Source of the DNA: Octopus vulgaris
Lineage: Eukaryota
Length of the DNA stretch: 64,000 nucleotides
Direction of reading: 5' to 3'
NCBI GenBank assembly: GCA_951406725.2
Contig: OX597821.1
Location: 34,596,001 to 34,660,000 of the forward strand
Part shown: one piece after another, positions 52,028-64,000 of the stretch
Layout: each line of letters starts with the position of its first letter
Position numbering within the stretch: the first letter of the stretch is position 1
Notes under the pieces: generated by a model
What the model was told of the DNA's origin: nothing
Seen by the model: the letters and a program-made list of their open reading frames with translations, nothing else
Database searches by the model: none
Made by a program: the position numbers and the translations under genes

Positions 52028-52598
52028 TTATATTAATTATATTCTTTTGATAATTTTATTATATATTTAAATAATATAATTAAATAATCTTATGTATTGG
52101 CTTAAGTTTTTCATTGTATGATTTGCCTAATAGTGGTTTTGTCTCTAATTTAATATAATATATATATATATACAAAGTGAGATAGGGGTTATGAGTGTAA
52201 CCCACTATAGGATATCATTTATCCAATATACTGCCAGTAAAGTACCCAGAAGGCTAATACATAAATGCTAAGAATTGCAATGCAATTAATTCATTTATTG
52301 TATTATATGGGCGAAGGTAAAATGTTTTACCTCAAATTCATTACCTCAATACATCTGACTAATATGGGCATAATGGGATACTCTTATCTACAGGCTGAAA
52401 CAGCTGTAAGATCCATTTTATATGTATTATTCTTATGGTATTATCTTACTTAGTGATGTATATTGTTTTATTCTGTCTTATTCTGTTGGATTTGGATGTT
52501 CCTATTTAATCTAAATAATTAGTTAATAAATTATATGAATTGGTATTATCTGGAAGTTGATGATTGAAAGAAATCTATTCCTCCATTTTCTTATTTTG

Positions 52599-52638
<40 letters not shown>

Positions 52639-52658
52639 GATAGATTGTTGATGGGTAT

Positions 52659-53330
52659 AGGTACAGGTGTGGCTATGTGGTCAAGTAGTTTGTTTCTCTA
52701 TCATATGGTTTGAGGTTCAACCCCACTGTATGGCAACTTGAGCACATATCATCTATGGCTCTGCAGTGCCCAAGCTTTGCGAGTGGACTTCATTTAAAGG
52801 AAGTGAAAGAATCCTGTGTGTGTATGTGTATGTATGTGTGTGTGTGTGTGTGTGTGTGAGTGCATATATTTGTGGCTCCTTGTTTTGGTATGGCCCGATA
52901 ATTGTGTCATGCGGTGTTATTCGTTTTAAATGGCAACAGGGAAATATTACTTTGCTTGGAAACAAGTAAAGGTTCATGATGAAAAGGGAATTCAGCTGTA
53001 GAAAATGTACTTTAATAAGGCAGTGAGCTGGCAGAAATGTTAGCACACCGGACGAAATGCGTAGCCATATTTCGTCTGCTGTTACGTTCTGAGTTCAAAT
53101 TCCGCCGAGGTCAACTTTGCCTTTCATCCTCTCTGGGTCGATAAATTAAGTACCAGTTACACACTGAGGTTCGATGTGATCGATTTGATCCCTTTGTCTG
53201 TCCTTGTTTGTCCCCTCTATGTTTAGCCCCTCGTGGGCAATAAAGAAATAAGAAAATGTACCTTTATAGGCTCAATTCTTCCTCATATGAATGGGAAAAT
53301 GTGGATATTAAAGCAATGATAATGATGATG
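52659..53330 (+). mobile_element. Old SINE with an A-type head and a family C-like (GAT)n tail, interrupted by SINE B (53016-53250)
   Basis: A head 52659-52830; CAGCTGTAGAAA...GATAATGATGATG tail; B flanked by TSD AGAAAATGTAC. Confidence 0.75.
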
Positions 53331-53819
53331 GTGGTAGTGTATGTATATCATAGTGACAAAGATAAAGATCTTGTACATTTAAATGAACCCGGACAAATTC
53401 CTCTGAGGAATACCTTTGTGTGTATGTGTGTCTAATAAATGTATAGTAAAAAAATTGCACAGAAGGACAACAAAAAAACACACTGTAAAAAACACAGACA
53501 TGGACCTGCTTATCTCCATTCAGTTACCAACCAAAAGTCTTCACAAAAATCTTTGTGCCATTATCAATATGATTATTCAGTTTGGTGGTGTCATCAGTAA
53601 AACCTTGTTAGGGTAAGTGAACGGTCATAAAGGATTGTGACGGAAACACAAGCAAATGACAAATGACAAAATAAGGACATGATGTAATGGAAAACGACAC
53701 TGGTCATCGTCATATATACGAATATATGCATATATATATATATAAAGGCCTTTCAGCTGAGACAGCATCATATTGCATGTTTCACCTCTCTCTCTTTCGG
53801 AGAGGCACTGAGCACCTAC

Positions 53820-53986
53820 ACACACACATACACTCACGGCAGTAACTTCCACCTACCGAATTCAATCACAAAGCTTTGGTCGGCTAGGGGCTATAGTAGA
53901 AGACACCTGCCCAAAGTGCCACGCAGTGGGACTGAACCCGAAACCATGTAGCCAGGAAGCAAGCTCCCCAACCACACAGCCATGCC
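53820..53986 (-). mobile_element. SINE A 5' half
   Basis: GTGCCACGCAGTGGGACTGAACCC...CCACACAGCCATGCC. Confidence 0.8.
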
Positions 53987-54225
53987 CCATCATTGTTTGA
54001 TGACCGTTTCCATGCATGCATGGGTAGGACAGTTGACAGGAGCTGACCAGGTAGAAGACAACCGTAGGCTACTGTGTCTGTTTTGGCAGGGGTTTTACAG
54101 CTGGATGCCCTTCCCTAACACAAACCACTCTGCAGAGTGGACTCAGTGCTTTTTATGTGGCCCTGGTGTGCCATGAGATGATGCTAGGTGTGCCACAGTA
54201 TAACCTGAATATAATTTGTCCCTTA

Positions 54226-54385
54226 TACTTTTATTCTTTACTCTCTTTTACTCTTTTACTTGTTTCAGTCATTTGACTGTGGCCATGCTGGAGCACCACC
54301 TTTAGTCGAGCAAATCGACCCTAGGACTTATTCTTTGTAAGCCTAGTACTTATTCTATCGGTCTCTTTTGCCGAACCGCTAAGTT
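54226..54385 (-). mobile_element. SINE A, 5'-truncated
   Basis: (CTCTTTTA)n tail and 3' consensus. Confidence 0.88.
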
Positions 54386-55844
54386 ATATTTTTAGTTCAG
54401 GTGTGCCACCAAATTTTGATAAGAATACAAGTTTATTGTAAGTGAAGAGAAGTTGCAGAGCACTGCTTTAGAAAACTGGAACACTCATCATTAAAACTAG
54501 TGATGGCATTCTTTAGTTACTATTATACTTACTCCATTTCATACAGTTTGTAAACGATTGCCTGTTGGACTTAAAATGTTGGGGTTTCCCTATAACTGAC
54601 AGTTTACTGTTTATTACGACTCATCAATCATTTCTGATGATCAAAATCATTATAACCGTCGCCATCCTGTGTTTTTTTTTTTTAATTCGGGTTTTGTGTG
54701 TCATACTATTTAATGTGACTTCTCTTAAGACAATAGGTATAATTTCAGAGATTTTGCTGTTATTTCTAGCAGGTCATGATCTGCAATTTGGTAGCCCAGT
54801 GCTCAGGTCATTTGTTTAAATCCACTTATGTGTAAGATTAGTGTTAAATGTTCTCTGTTTTGAAAAGTTAACTGTAAAAACCTTAATCTTATCATCTGGA
54901 AATGTTCCTTTATTAAGCCTTTGCCTTTTCATAAGTTGGCCCTACACGTTGTTTATTGTTAGCCCTTGTTTCACACATTCTAAGTAAGAAAACCTTTCCT
55001 TTCACGCATAGATACATCGATACAGGGAAATATATCCTGTATGTCGCATATGACACTGAGTACAGGCAAAGGGTTGGAACTGTACGTATTGATTTTAGTC
55101 TTTTAGGTTCTACTTCCTCTCTCTTTCTCGCCCGCTTCCTTCCTCCCCACCTCTCTCTGTTTTCTTTTAGATACCTTTTTGTTTATGCCACTCTGTAGTC
55201 TATGCAAATGGAATATTTTCTTGGTAACCTAAGCTAACAGTCTAGTTTCAGTTTATGATCACTGCTACTTCACTTTGTTTTCCTTCCTCCGGTTATGCTC
55301 TTCATAAAATCTTTTCATATCTCAACACTTCACAAGTCAATAATGCTAATCACACTTTAATGGATATCTCTATGTTTTATGAACAAAATTAATAAAGGAA
55401 ATCAAACAATTGACTTGTCTTTCTCACACTTGTAAGATGGAAAATAAAATAACGATTTGATTTATTATTGTTTGATTGATTTCTTTAACTCAGGATAAAA
55501 AAAACAAAAAAACAAAAAATAATAATGATAATAATAATATCAAGTTCAAAATTATTCAGAAATCTTATAATGGTTAAAATCAACTTTAAATGAAAAAAGA
55601 AATATATATATATATATGAATTACAAAATAAAAGGACAAATAAAATGCAAAAAAAAAAAATAATAATTAAATGGAATAAAGAAAGAAAAATTTTTAGAAG
55701 TCACATTGGGAAAATGTTTTAACCCATTAAACTGTCACTAACTCTAATCTGTCAAATTGAATCCTTTAGAATTCAAAAGACAAGGTTGATTATCATCGCT
55801 GCTTCCAAACCGAACTTTATTATTTTTTTTTTTTGTCAGCTTAA

Positions 55845-56065
55845 CCCTCTAGTATCTTAATCAGCTATACTTGACCCCAATATTCTATCTGCTTTATGTT
55901 CAAACTAGCCACATCTGGCCTCTCACACCTACCCTACAAATGCCATTCTAAAAACAATCACTTCATTGAAATCTGAAAGCTATGAGACAACGCATAATCA
56001 ATTGAAAAAAAACAATGTAAATAAATAAGCATTAGATTTAACAGAGTAATCCTTATGCTAATGGG
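55845..56065. mobile_element. MITE family E abutting a partial F copy (56070-56250)
   Basis: TTAA|CCCTCTAGTATC ... GCTAATGGG|TTAA. Confidence 0.82.
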
Positions 56066-56505
56066 TTAATCCCTTTCCATACTGATTTGTCAGAGATCTC
56101 CTCTGGTTCTGTAATACAACACCGTCAATTTGGAAGAAAGTGTTGGTATCTAAATTAGAACCTTCCATCATAATTTTATGTGAAAGCTTTCAATTTAGTT
56201 GTTCCAAACACAAGCTTAATAACTTGGAAGTTATTTTATAAAACCTTTCACGCACTTTTTAGCCTTTCAATTTGGATTTTGTTCCAAAATGAATTGGAGT
56301 GCAGCATAGGCAGTGTTTTTTTGGGTTTTTTTTCAAGGAATATATTTGCATAAGGGTCAACAAAATCAAATTTTAGTTGGCTTGTCTTGGAAATCTCATT
56401 TAATTTTGTTTTATTGACATCAAAAACAAAAGCATGGTCATGTGTGAGTGAAACTCTTTCTCTCTCTCTCTCCCGCTGAGAATGTATTCTAAATAAGTTC
56501 TCATA

Positions 56506-56908
56506 GGTGCAGGAGTGGCTGTGCAGTAAGAAGCTCACTTCCCAACTACATGGTTCCAAGTTCAGTCCCACTCTGTGGTACCTTGGGCAAGTGCCTTCTA
56601 CTATAGCTTTGGTCCGACCAAAGCTTTGTGAGTGGATTTGGTAGACAGAAACTGAAAGAAGCCCACCATATGTATGTATGTATGTATACATGTGTGCCTC
56701 TGTTTGTCCCTAACTACCGTTTGACAATTGGTGTTGGTGTGTTTATGTCCTCTAAACTTAGCAGTTTGGCAAAAGAGACCAATGGCATAATTACCAGGTT
56801 AAAAAAAAAAATTACTGGAGGTTGGATTCAGTCAACTTAAACTCTTCAAGGCAATGCCCCAGCATGGCCACAGTCTAATGACTGAACCAAGTAAATGAAT
56901 AAAAGAGT
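56506..56908 (+). mobile_element. SINE family A
   Basis: Consensus head to tail. Confidence 0.88.
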
Positions 56909-57583
56909 AATATAGTTTAAATTGTTCACAAGAACTGCTTGAGTACTACCATATATGCTGCTGAAGCCATTGTCTGATGTTGTTCTATGAGGGAAATTGA
57001 ATTGATACCGCTCTTGTGAAGGTGCTGTCTTGCTTCAAATGTAAATCCATGAGATCTTATAGATGGAATAGAACTGATGAGATCTGTTTTTTGCAGATTC
57101 CTTATAGTATGTAAGAGAACATTCAAGATCAGTGCTTTCCGTTGAGCCCTCAACTATTTCTTTAAAGATCTTCTCTTATAAATATGACTGTTTTGAAATT
57201 AGTGAATTATTTTGATGGAGTAAGGGGGGGGGAGTTAAAATGGCAAGATGTCATGTGTTTGTGGCCCCATGGTATATTTTATACCCTTTTATATTTTAAT
57301 CCCACTAGAACTTTTCATCCTTCTGGAAGTTAATAAAATGTGTTTGTGAAGCACTGAGATCAAAAGTATTGATTTCAAATTTTGGTACAAGGCCAGCAAT
57401 TTTGGAGGAGGGGTTAAGTCAAATTTGACCATGGCAAAATTTGAACTCAGAATGTAAAGACAGACAAATGCTGCTAAGCATTTTGTCTGGCATGCTACCA
57501 GTTCTGCTAGCTTGCTGCCTTAACTGAGATCAGTAATATTAACAGTTCTTTCCTAAATTGTGTGGGTTTTGTACCTATGTTGA

Positions 57584-57785
57584 CCCTCTTGGGATACCCA
57601 GGCCAATTGATACAAGCTGAAAGGACTTTGAGGCTGATCCATCGGTCCAGTGGAACAAATGTTGGAGAATGATTGGTTTTTAAGTGTAATGGCTAATCAG
57701 AGATCATTTTTTAGTAAATGAATTTTGAGAGAAAAAAGTTGTGTTTTTGGCTACACATATCAAAACACTGTGTGTCTCAAAAGGG
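57584..57785. mobile_element. piggyBac-type MITE family H
   Basis: TTGA|CCCTCTTGGGATAC ... GTGTCTCAAAAGGG|TTAA; imperfect TIR. Confidence 0.6.
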
Positions 57786-58738
57786 TTAAAAATCATTATT
57801 ACTGATAAACTGAATCTTTGCGCTCTCCTTTTTCCTCTCTCCTTTTTCCTGTTTTGTGATTTTCAAATGGTTTAAACTCTGTTGATCATCATGGGCTCTT
57901 GTATTTGACATGCATGGCAAATATAAGTACTCAGTTGCACCGTATTTTGAAAAACAGAAAAATGAGGTTAATTAAACCAAATAATGTATCCATTAGCATT
58001 TGTTACTAATTTGTTGTGGCTGTTTGCTTCCTAGGTCAGTTCTTGTTGAGTTGAATCATTCCAGCATTCCAGCTGTGACCATCCTGTCTGCTATTAGGCA
58101 GTGTAGCTAGAGCTACAGTATCTAATGTTAACCTTCAATTCCCATGACTAGGTTGTAGTTTGAAGGAGAATTGGTTGCTATTTGTTACAGGTTTGGCAGC
58201 CGTACCTCATTAGCTCATAACGAGTTTATTTACAAAACCTGGTGCCAGACTGCATGCTTGCACTAGAAGAGAGTTGGACTTGATGAGGAAAAAAAATGCA
58301 TTATCAGGAAGTTTTTGAATATTTTTTATATTTCTGATGGAAATGGTCGAGACAGTGAAGCAGCAAACCAAATATTTCAGTGTATTTAGTCTCATGTTTC
58401 TTAGTTCTGGTTTTTTAACTTCCTCCAGAATTAACTTTGTCTTGTTTTTATTTTATTGACAGTAAGTACAAGTAACATAGGAGTTAAAGGAAGCAGCCCC
58501 TTTGTGGTCATGCACCCTGCTAAGAATAGCTGCAAATTCTTTCGATTCATTTTTGCCAGCTGAGTGGACGAGAGCAACGGGAAATGAAGCATTTTGCTCA
58601 AGAACACAACACATCACCCAGTCCAGGAATCAAAACCACAATCTTACAATCATGAGTCCAACAACCTAACCATTAATCCATACGCCTACATAGGGACTTG
58701 GGTAAACCAACTTCCGTATGTCATTGGAGATTGTTTAG

Positions 58739-58955
58739 CTCTTTAGCATTTAAAATGGCCATATCTAACCCAAATGTTCTACCTGTTTTATGCTCAAACT
58801 GGCCCCATCCAGCTTCTCACACCTGCCTTACTATGTCATTCCAAAAATGAAGTCACATCACCAAAACCTCAAAGTTGCAGGATAATGCATGATTAATTCA
58901 AAACAATGTGGATAGATAAGCATTACATTTGACAAAGTAGTCTGATGCTAAAGGG
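58739..58955. mobile_element. MITE family E, degenerate
   Basis: CTCTTTAGCAT ... ATGCTAAAGGG; body matches 398-617. Confidence 0.8.
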
Positions 58956-59087
58956 TCAACTCCACATCAGCCCTGATTAAGCAGGCTTATGATTAAAGGT
59001 TTATAATCGTGACTATTCCACATTATTTTCTTTTTCATACAAAGCAGCAGGAACTATATTATCCAACATGTCTTTTTTTTGTTTTTA

Positions 59088-59360
59088 ATCTGCCAGATCA
59101 AGATTGGAGTCTGGTGCGGCCATGTGGCTCGCCAGCCCTCAGTCAAAATCGTCCAACCCATGCTAGCATGGAAAACGGTCATTAAACAATGATGATGATG
59201 ATCATCATCATCATCATACATGGGTTGGACAGCTTGACAGGAACTGACAAGGCCAAGGGCTACACCAAGTTCTGTAATCTGTTTGGGCTTGTTTTCTATG
59301 GCTGGATGCCCTTTCTAATGCCAACCACTCCACAGTGTACTGGGTGCATTTTATGTGGTA
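59088..59360. mobile_element. Two family C copies tail-to-tail (+ 59088-59200; - 59202-59360)
   Basis: (GAT)n directly followed by (CAT)n; TCCAACCCATG and CATGGGTTGGA on either side. Confidence 0.8.
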
Positions 59361-60100
59361 TCTTGGTTTTAGGATCTCAATCCTGTTGTACTGGGTAGCC
59401 TAAATCTTTCCTTTCATAAATCCCAAGTTACTCTGGTGCTTGAAGATAATTGGGATAGTGTATTGTATCCAAATGCATTGACACCAAGTAAATGTGTCTT
59501 CTGTATCACATGATACACAGGCCAGGCAAAGGGTTAAATAATGCCAGCACCAATAAAATATACTGTTATAGAAATTAGATGCAGTTTACTGTATTCCTTC
59601 TTCAGTAATGGCTTTGTACTGCACAATGAATTCAGTGGTAGCATCTAAAGAAAATCGATGGACTAGTAGAATTAATGGAAACTAGAGCATAATAATGGTT
59701 TCAAATTTTGGAACAAAGCTCGCAGTTTTGAAGGAATGGTGTTTAGTTGATTGCATCAGCCCTTAGTGTTTAACTAGTGCTTATTATATCAACCTGGAAA
59801 GGATGAAAGACGAAGTTGGCTCGGTAGAATTTGAACTCAGAATGCAAAGAGTTGGAAGGAATACCACAAAGCAAAGCATTTTGTCCAACATGCTAACAGT
59901 TCTGCCAGCTTGCCACACAGCATAATTATGGTCTTTTGATATATGTCTCCTTTTACAGAGTTCAAATTCAGCACACTTCAACTTTATTCTTCACCCTTCC
60001 CTGGGGGTTGAATATGATTGACTATGCCTTAGTTAGAAGCCATTCTAACTTTAGCACAGTATGTATTGTTAACTTTTTAAAACAATAATGATGTGGGCAG

Positions 60101-60405
60101 GTCTCTTCTACTATAGCCTTGGGCCGACCAAAGCCTTGTGAGTGGATTTGGTAGACGGAAACTGGAAGAAGCCCGTCTGTATGTGTGTATATGTTTGTGT
60201 GTCTGTGTTTATCCCCCCACCATTGCTTGACAACCGACGGTGGTGTGTTTACGTCCCCGTAACTTAGCAGTTCAGCAAAAAGAGACTGATAGAATAAGTA
60301 CTAGGCTTACAAAGAATAAGTCCTGGGTTTGATTTACTCGACTAAAAGGTGGTGCTCCAGCATGGCCGCAGTCAAATGACTGAAACAAGTAAAAGACTAA
60401 AGAGA
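60101..60405 (+). mobile_element. SINE A, 5'-truncated
   Basis: Consensus from TCTTCTACTATAGCC to the tail. Confidence 0.9.
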
Positions 60406-60956
60406 TTGCAGGAATCTGTAGAATACCTTGTGGTATTTATGTCCCTTAACATTCTGGATTCAAATCCTAGTGAGTTCAAGTTTGCCTTTTAGCCTTTTCT
60501 GGGGTCAACTAAATATGTCGCAGCATAGTCGTTGAGTCAGTCAATATAGATCAACTCTACTCTCATTAAAAGTGTATAGCGGTGTTGTAACGAAGATGGT
60601 GATCAAACATCTGAAGACATGGAAGTTTTTGTTTTTTTTTAATCTTGCAGAAAAAAAATTAATCAGTGTTTTTTTTTCTTTTTAATTCTTTAAAATTTTT
60701 TATTTTATTTTATTTTTCTTGTGCATGTCAAATTTTGGTTTTAAGTGTTACTGTCTTTAATTCTTTTTGATTTTTTTTTTGTTTTATTCCTCTCTTTTTT
60801 TATATATATTAAAGATCATTACAGTTGAAATTTGTCTATCATCAGGATGTGTGAAAAAAAAAAAAGTGATGTGCATACATATTTAAATCACAGAAAAAAA
60901 AAAGAAAGAAAGAAAGAAAGAAATCAAAGAAAACTATGATTTGAACTTTATTTCAG

Positions 60957-61060
60957 GCAGAGAGCGGAGGACGGCCATTTGGATACTTCTCTTACATGAG
61001 CACGTAGTGGTCTCACTTCAACGAACAAAATGACATCGGGTGCACAACCAACAGCTGCAG
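60957..61060 (+). other. Candidate host-gene exon (unverified)
   Basis: CTTTATTTCAG acceptor; unique, GC- and CpG-richer ~100 bp inside an A/T-run island; only a weak donor (CAG|GTCGAC). Confidence 0.3.
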
Positions 61061-61619
61061 GTCGACGGAATTGCTTACTAATACCTCACTTCCTCACCTA
61101 AATATTAGAGACAGTAACAATTCAGCAAATGCTCTCTCTTATGTGCATTCTACAAGTTTCTGTGTGCGTGTGTGTTTCAACTATTTTACAAATTGCTTCC
61201 ATAGGGAGTATGAATGTGAGTGTATACATATGTTATGTCAGGCTCGTGTGTGTGTGTGTGAGTGTATTATAAACTTGGTAAATTCCATTGTCTCGACCAC
61301 GGTCGAACAATGATGATGATGATGTATTATAAATACAAATCATGAATTTGGTTTTCCTTTATTTCATCTGTTATGTATGTTCCTGTGTTTGATAATTGAT
61401 GTTATATTATAAATGTGATTTAAATGCAATTTACAGAGCAATTTAATCATTCTGAACACATTCTTAGGCAAGCCCTACTCAGACTGTGTAGTATCCAATG
61501 GTATCACACAGCAGAGGGAGTTTAACATGATTACTATTAAGAGTTGCAACCAAAATGATAGTTTTGTCACACACCTAATGCATCCATTTCTAATTTATAC
61601 ACACACATACAATGTGTAT

Positions 61620-61957
61620 GTTAAGTTAAGTTAATTTTTTAGCTCAAAAAGCATAAAGCATGGCCATGTAGGGGGACATGGAGTTATGTACAGGGAGGGT
61701 GTTCATGCAAAGAGTTCAGGCCATTTCTGCTCAAGAGAGACTTTGAACCGAGCGGTCGTCGGCATCTTCACTATCTCGTCCGGCAGCTTATTCCACGGAT
61801 CTGCAAGCCCGACAGAGAAAGCCCCTCTCCTTCGATTGAGATGAAATCGTCACAGATAGAGCTTTTCGGAGTGACCCCACAGCCGACGCTCTGGAGCAGG
61901 AGTGAAGAACAGCTCTTTCGAGAGGTTACACCTTCCGCTTATGATGTTGTGAGCAAG
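61620..61957 (-). mobile_element. 5'-truncated CR1-clade LINE 3' end
   Basis: Minus strand LAHNIISGRCNLSKELFFTPAPERRLWGHSEKLYL*RFHLNRRRGAFSVGLADPWNKLPDEIVKMPTTARFKVSLEQKW matches CR1 RGH..KL...FS....WN.LP....FK; (AACTT)n tail. Confidence 0.88.
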
Positions 61958-61959
61958 TG

Positions 61960-63750
61960 TCTGTGTCTGTTGTCAGTTCAGTACCATAATTTCATGCTGG
62001 TATCTAATAGTCTGAACATGGCAGTCTTTTCTGAACTTTGTTTCAGTTTCTGAAGCATGAAACAAGATGGGCCTGTCACATGTGTGATATCACTGGTGCT
62101 CTGTCTGTCCTCTTGAAAATGTCTTATAAAATTATGCTGTCTGCAAGCTGATATTGAAGACACATGATGTTTTTTCTATAAGTTTCCAGCACAACAGGCA
62201 AAGAACCAGTGGTTATCATATCCAAATTCCTGAATACTGGTGTGAAACTATGAAACTGAAGTGGCTACAGGCACTAAGTAGATATCTATGTCTCTGAGTA
62301 CTGTCAGGTCTGGTAATCTGCATAAAGGCTTGAATTCAGGTTAACTTGTTTAACTGCATCAAAATATTTATTTGTCATGATTTGAGTCACTTAAAATATG
62401 CTCTAAGGTATATATTTCATGGCCTGTAGAATGTCTTATACCACTCTGTCCTTTTAAAGTAGAATGGTACATGGATCAAGAAGGAGGGGAAAAAAGAAGG
62501 GATCTGGGTACCTTTTAGCCAAGTTCCCTCTATTGCAAACATCGAAGTCAGGTCTCTGGTCTGACAGGCCTGGCAAAGGATGATGGATACCTCTCTCCAT
62601 CCTTTTCTGAAGAATTTCCTCAAAGCATGTTGTATTGATCACTTTATGAGGCTTGATTTGATTAGAGTAGTTTCAAATTTGAAATCTTGACTTTAAAATG
62701 TGACTTTAAATTATATCTGTTAGTGGAACTTTAGTTTGGGGATTCCAAGGTTTTGAAGGGTGTAGAACCACCTCTTGGCTACTTTTGTTCCCACATCTAC
62801 TTTCACCCAGAGCAGTGGCACCTGTCAGGGTCTCTTCTACAGGTTAAATAGCATCTAGCCATCTGAGCTGTTGAAGTATGTTGAAGTCATGAGATGCAGC
62901 ATGATGGATAGGAACTATTTTGGCTGGAGAACTTATTTGGTCAATGGTGAATATCACCTGATGCTGACAAATTGTCAGCGGCCAGGATCATCCAGTTCAG
63001 TTAGTGAACTATTGCTACCAGCTATCAAAATACCAATGTGACTAAAACAAACCCAAGCCAGACATTGATGCCTCATCGCCCAATCAGGATGTCTGTCCAG
63101 GCAAGTTACCAGACACAAATGAACAGAGTCTCAAATCATGTTTGAATATCTTTTCATTACAGAAGATAGCAAGCTGGCAGAATCATTAGGGAGTTAGGTA
63201 AAATGCTTAGCAGCAATTCATCCATTTTCACATTCTAAGTTCAAATTCTGCGACGGTCAGCTTTGCCTTTCATCCTTTCAGTTGAGTACTGGGGTTGGTG
63301 TGATCAACTTGCCTCCTCCTCTGAAATTGCTGGCAATGTGTCTATGTTAGAAACTAAGGTCTTTTCATTACAAGTAAAAAGCTTTGAAGAGGCACTGAAG
63401 CTTGTTCTATTTGCAATGAGTTCAATCTCAGTTGTAAACACAGCTTTAGACTCTTGGATAGGACACTAAGGATTGCAACCGCTTTGGTACTGTTCCATTC
63501 TGGCATTTTCAGGCAACACAGTGCTTTTCAGTGTGAGCAGCATCTGCAGAACATGATGTATGAATCATCTGCAGAATCTTCTCCCAGTAATATTGAGGTA
63601 TTATCTAAGCCATTAATTACCTAAATTAATCAATTTCATTAGGATTACAGGAAGCACTTGCTATAGAGTTTCATGCGCCGCTGCATGATTACTTCTGTCA
63701 GAATGAATATCAGAATGGATGGGCTAAGCTGCATAGGCTCTCGTTTTTCA
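61960..63750 (+). pseudogene. Highly decayed L1/Tx1-like LINE ORF2 3' region, interrupted by an old SINE B (63165-63355)
   Basis: Broken fragments GIWVPF, RPGKG*W, LYEA, APVR, FMRRC...RMNIRMDG occur in the order I recall for Tx1-like C-termini; many frameshifts. Confidence 0.4.
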
Positions 63751-64000
63751 TAGTTAAATATATTTTTGATTTTTTAGCAGTAATATTTTGTGCGTGTATA
63801 TATAATGTGTGTGTGTGTGTGTATTTTGTGCGTGTATATATAATGTGTGTGTGTGTATATATATATATATACATGTAACAAGAAGCACATGATAAACAGA
63901 CTAGTTGTTAGCTTTAGTAAAAAATGTTTTTAAATATGTGTTTGTGTATATAAATTTAGTGTATGTTTTGTGTGTGTGTGTGTGTGTGTATGTATATAAA

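Noticed and set aside
71-63469. Short ORFs in the six-frame track as host genes
   Set aside because: Mostly recurrent translations of repeats (e.g. RLPNPLTRLWS, LDALPNANHS) or of microsatellites; none has a credible host domain

Overview
AT-rich, microsatellite-dense eukaryotic non-coding DNA (intronic or intergenic). The repeat families and the (TA)n/(CA)n/(CAT)n landscape look like an octopus (coleoid cephalopod) genome; this is inferred from recall of octopus repeats, not from a search. No intact host gene is visible, and the ORF-track entries mostly read through repeats. Contents: four tRNA-headed SINE families (called A, B, J and L here) with shuffled head and tail modules; many 5'-truncated copies of a (GAT)n-tailed element with structured tandem units (family C, probably an RTE LINE 3' UTR); decayed RTE, CR1, L1/Tx1 and mariner fragments; and MITEs of piggyBac (TTAA), hAT and unclassified 8-bp-TSD types. 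The most notable signal is about 8 mutually unrelated type I hammerhead-ribozyme-like motifs beside simple repeats, several in inverted repeats, as expected for Penelope-like or retrozyme termini. There is one weak exon candidate near 60957. All coordinates were read by eye; the ends of degenerate copies are approximate.
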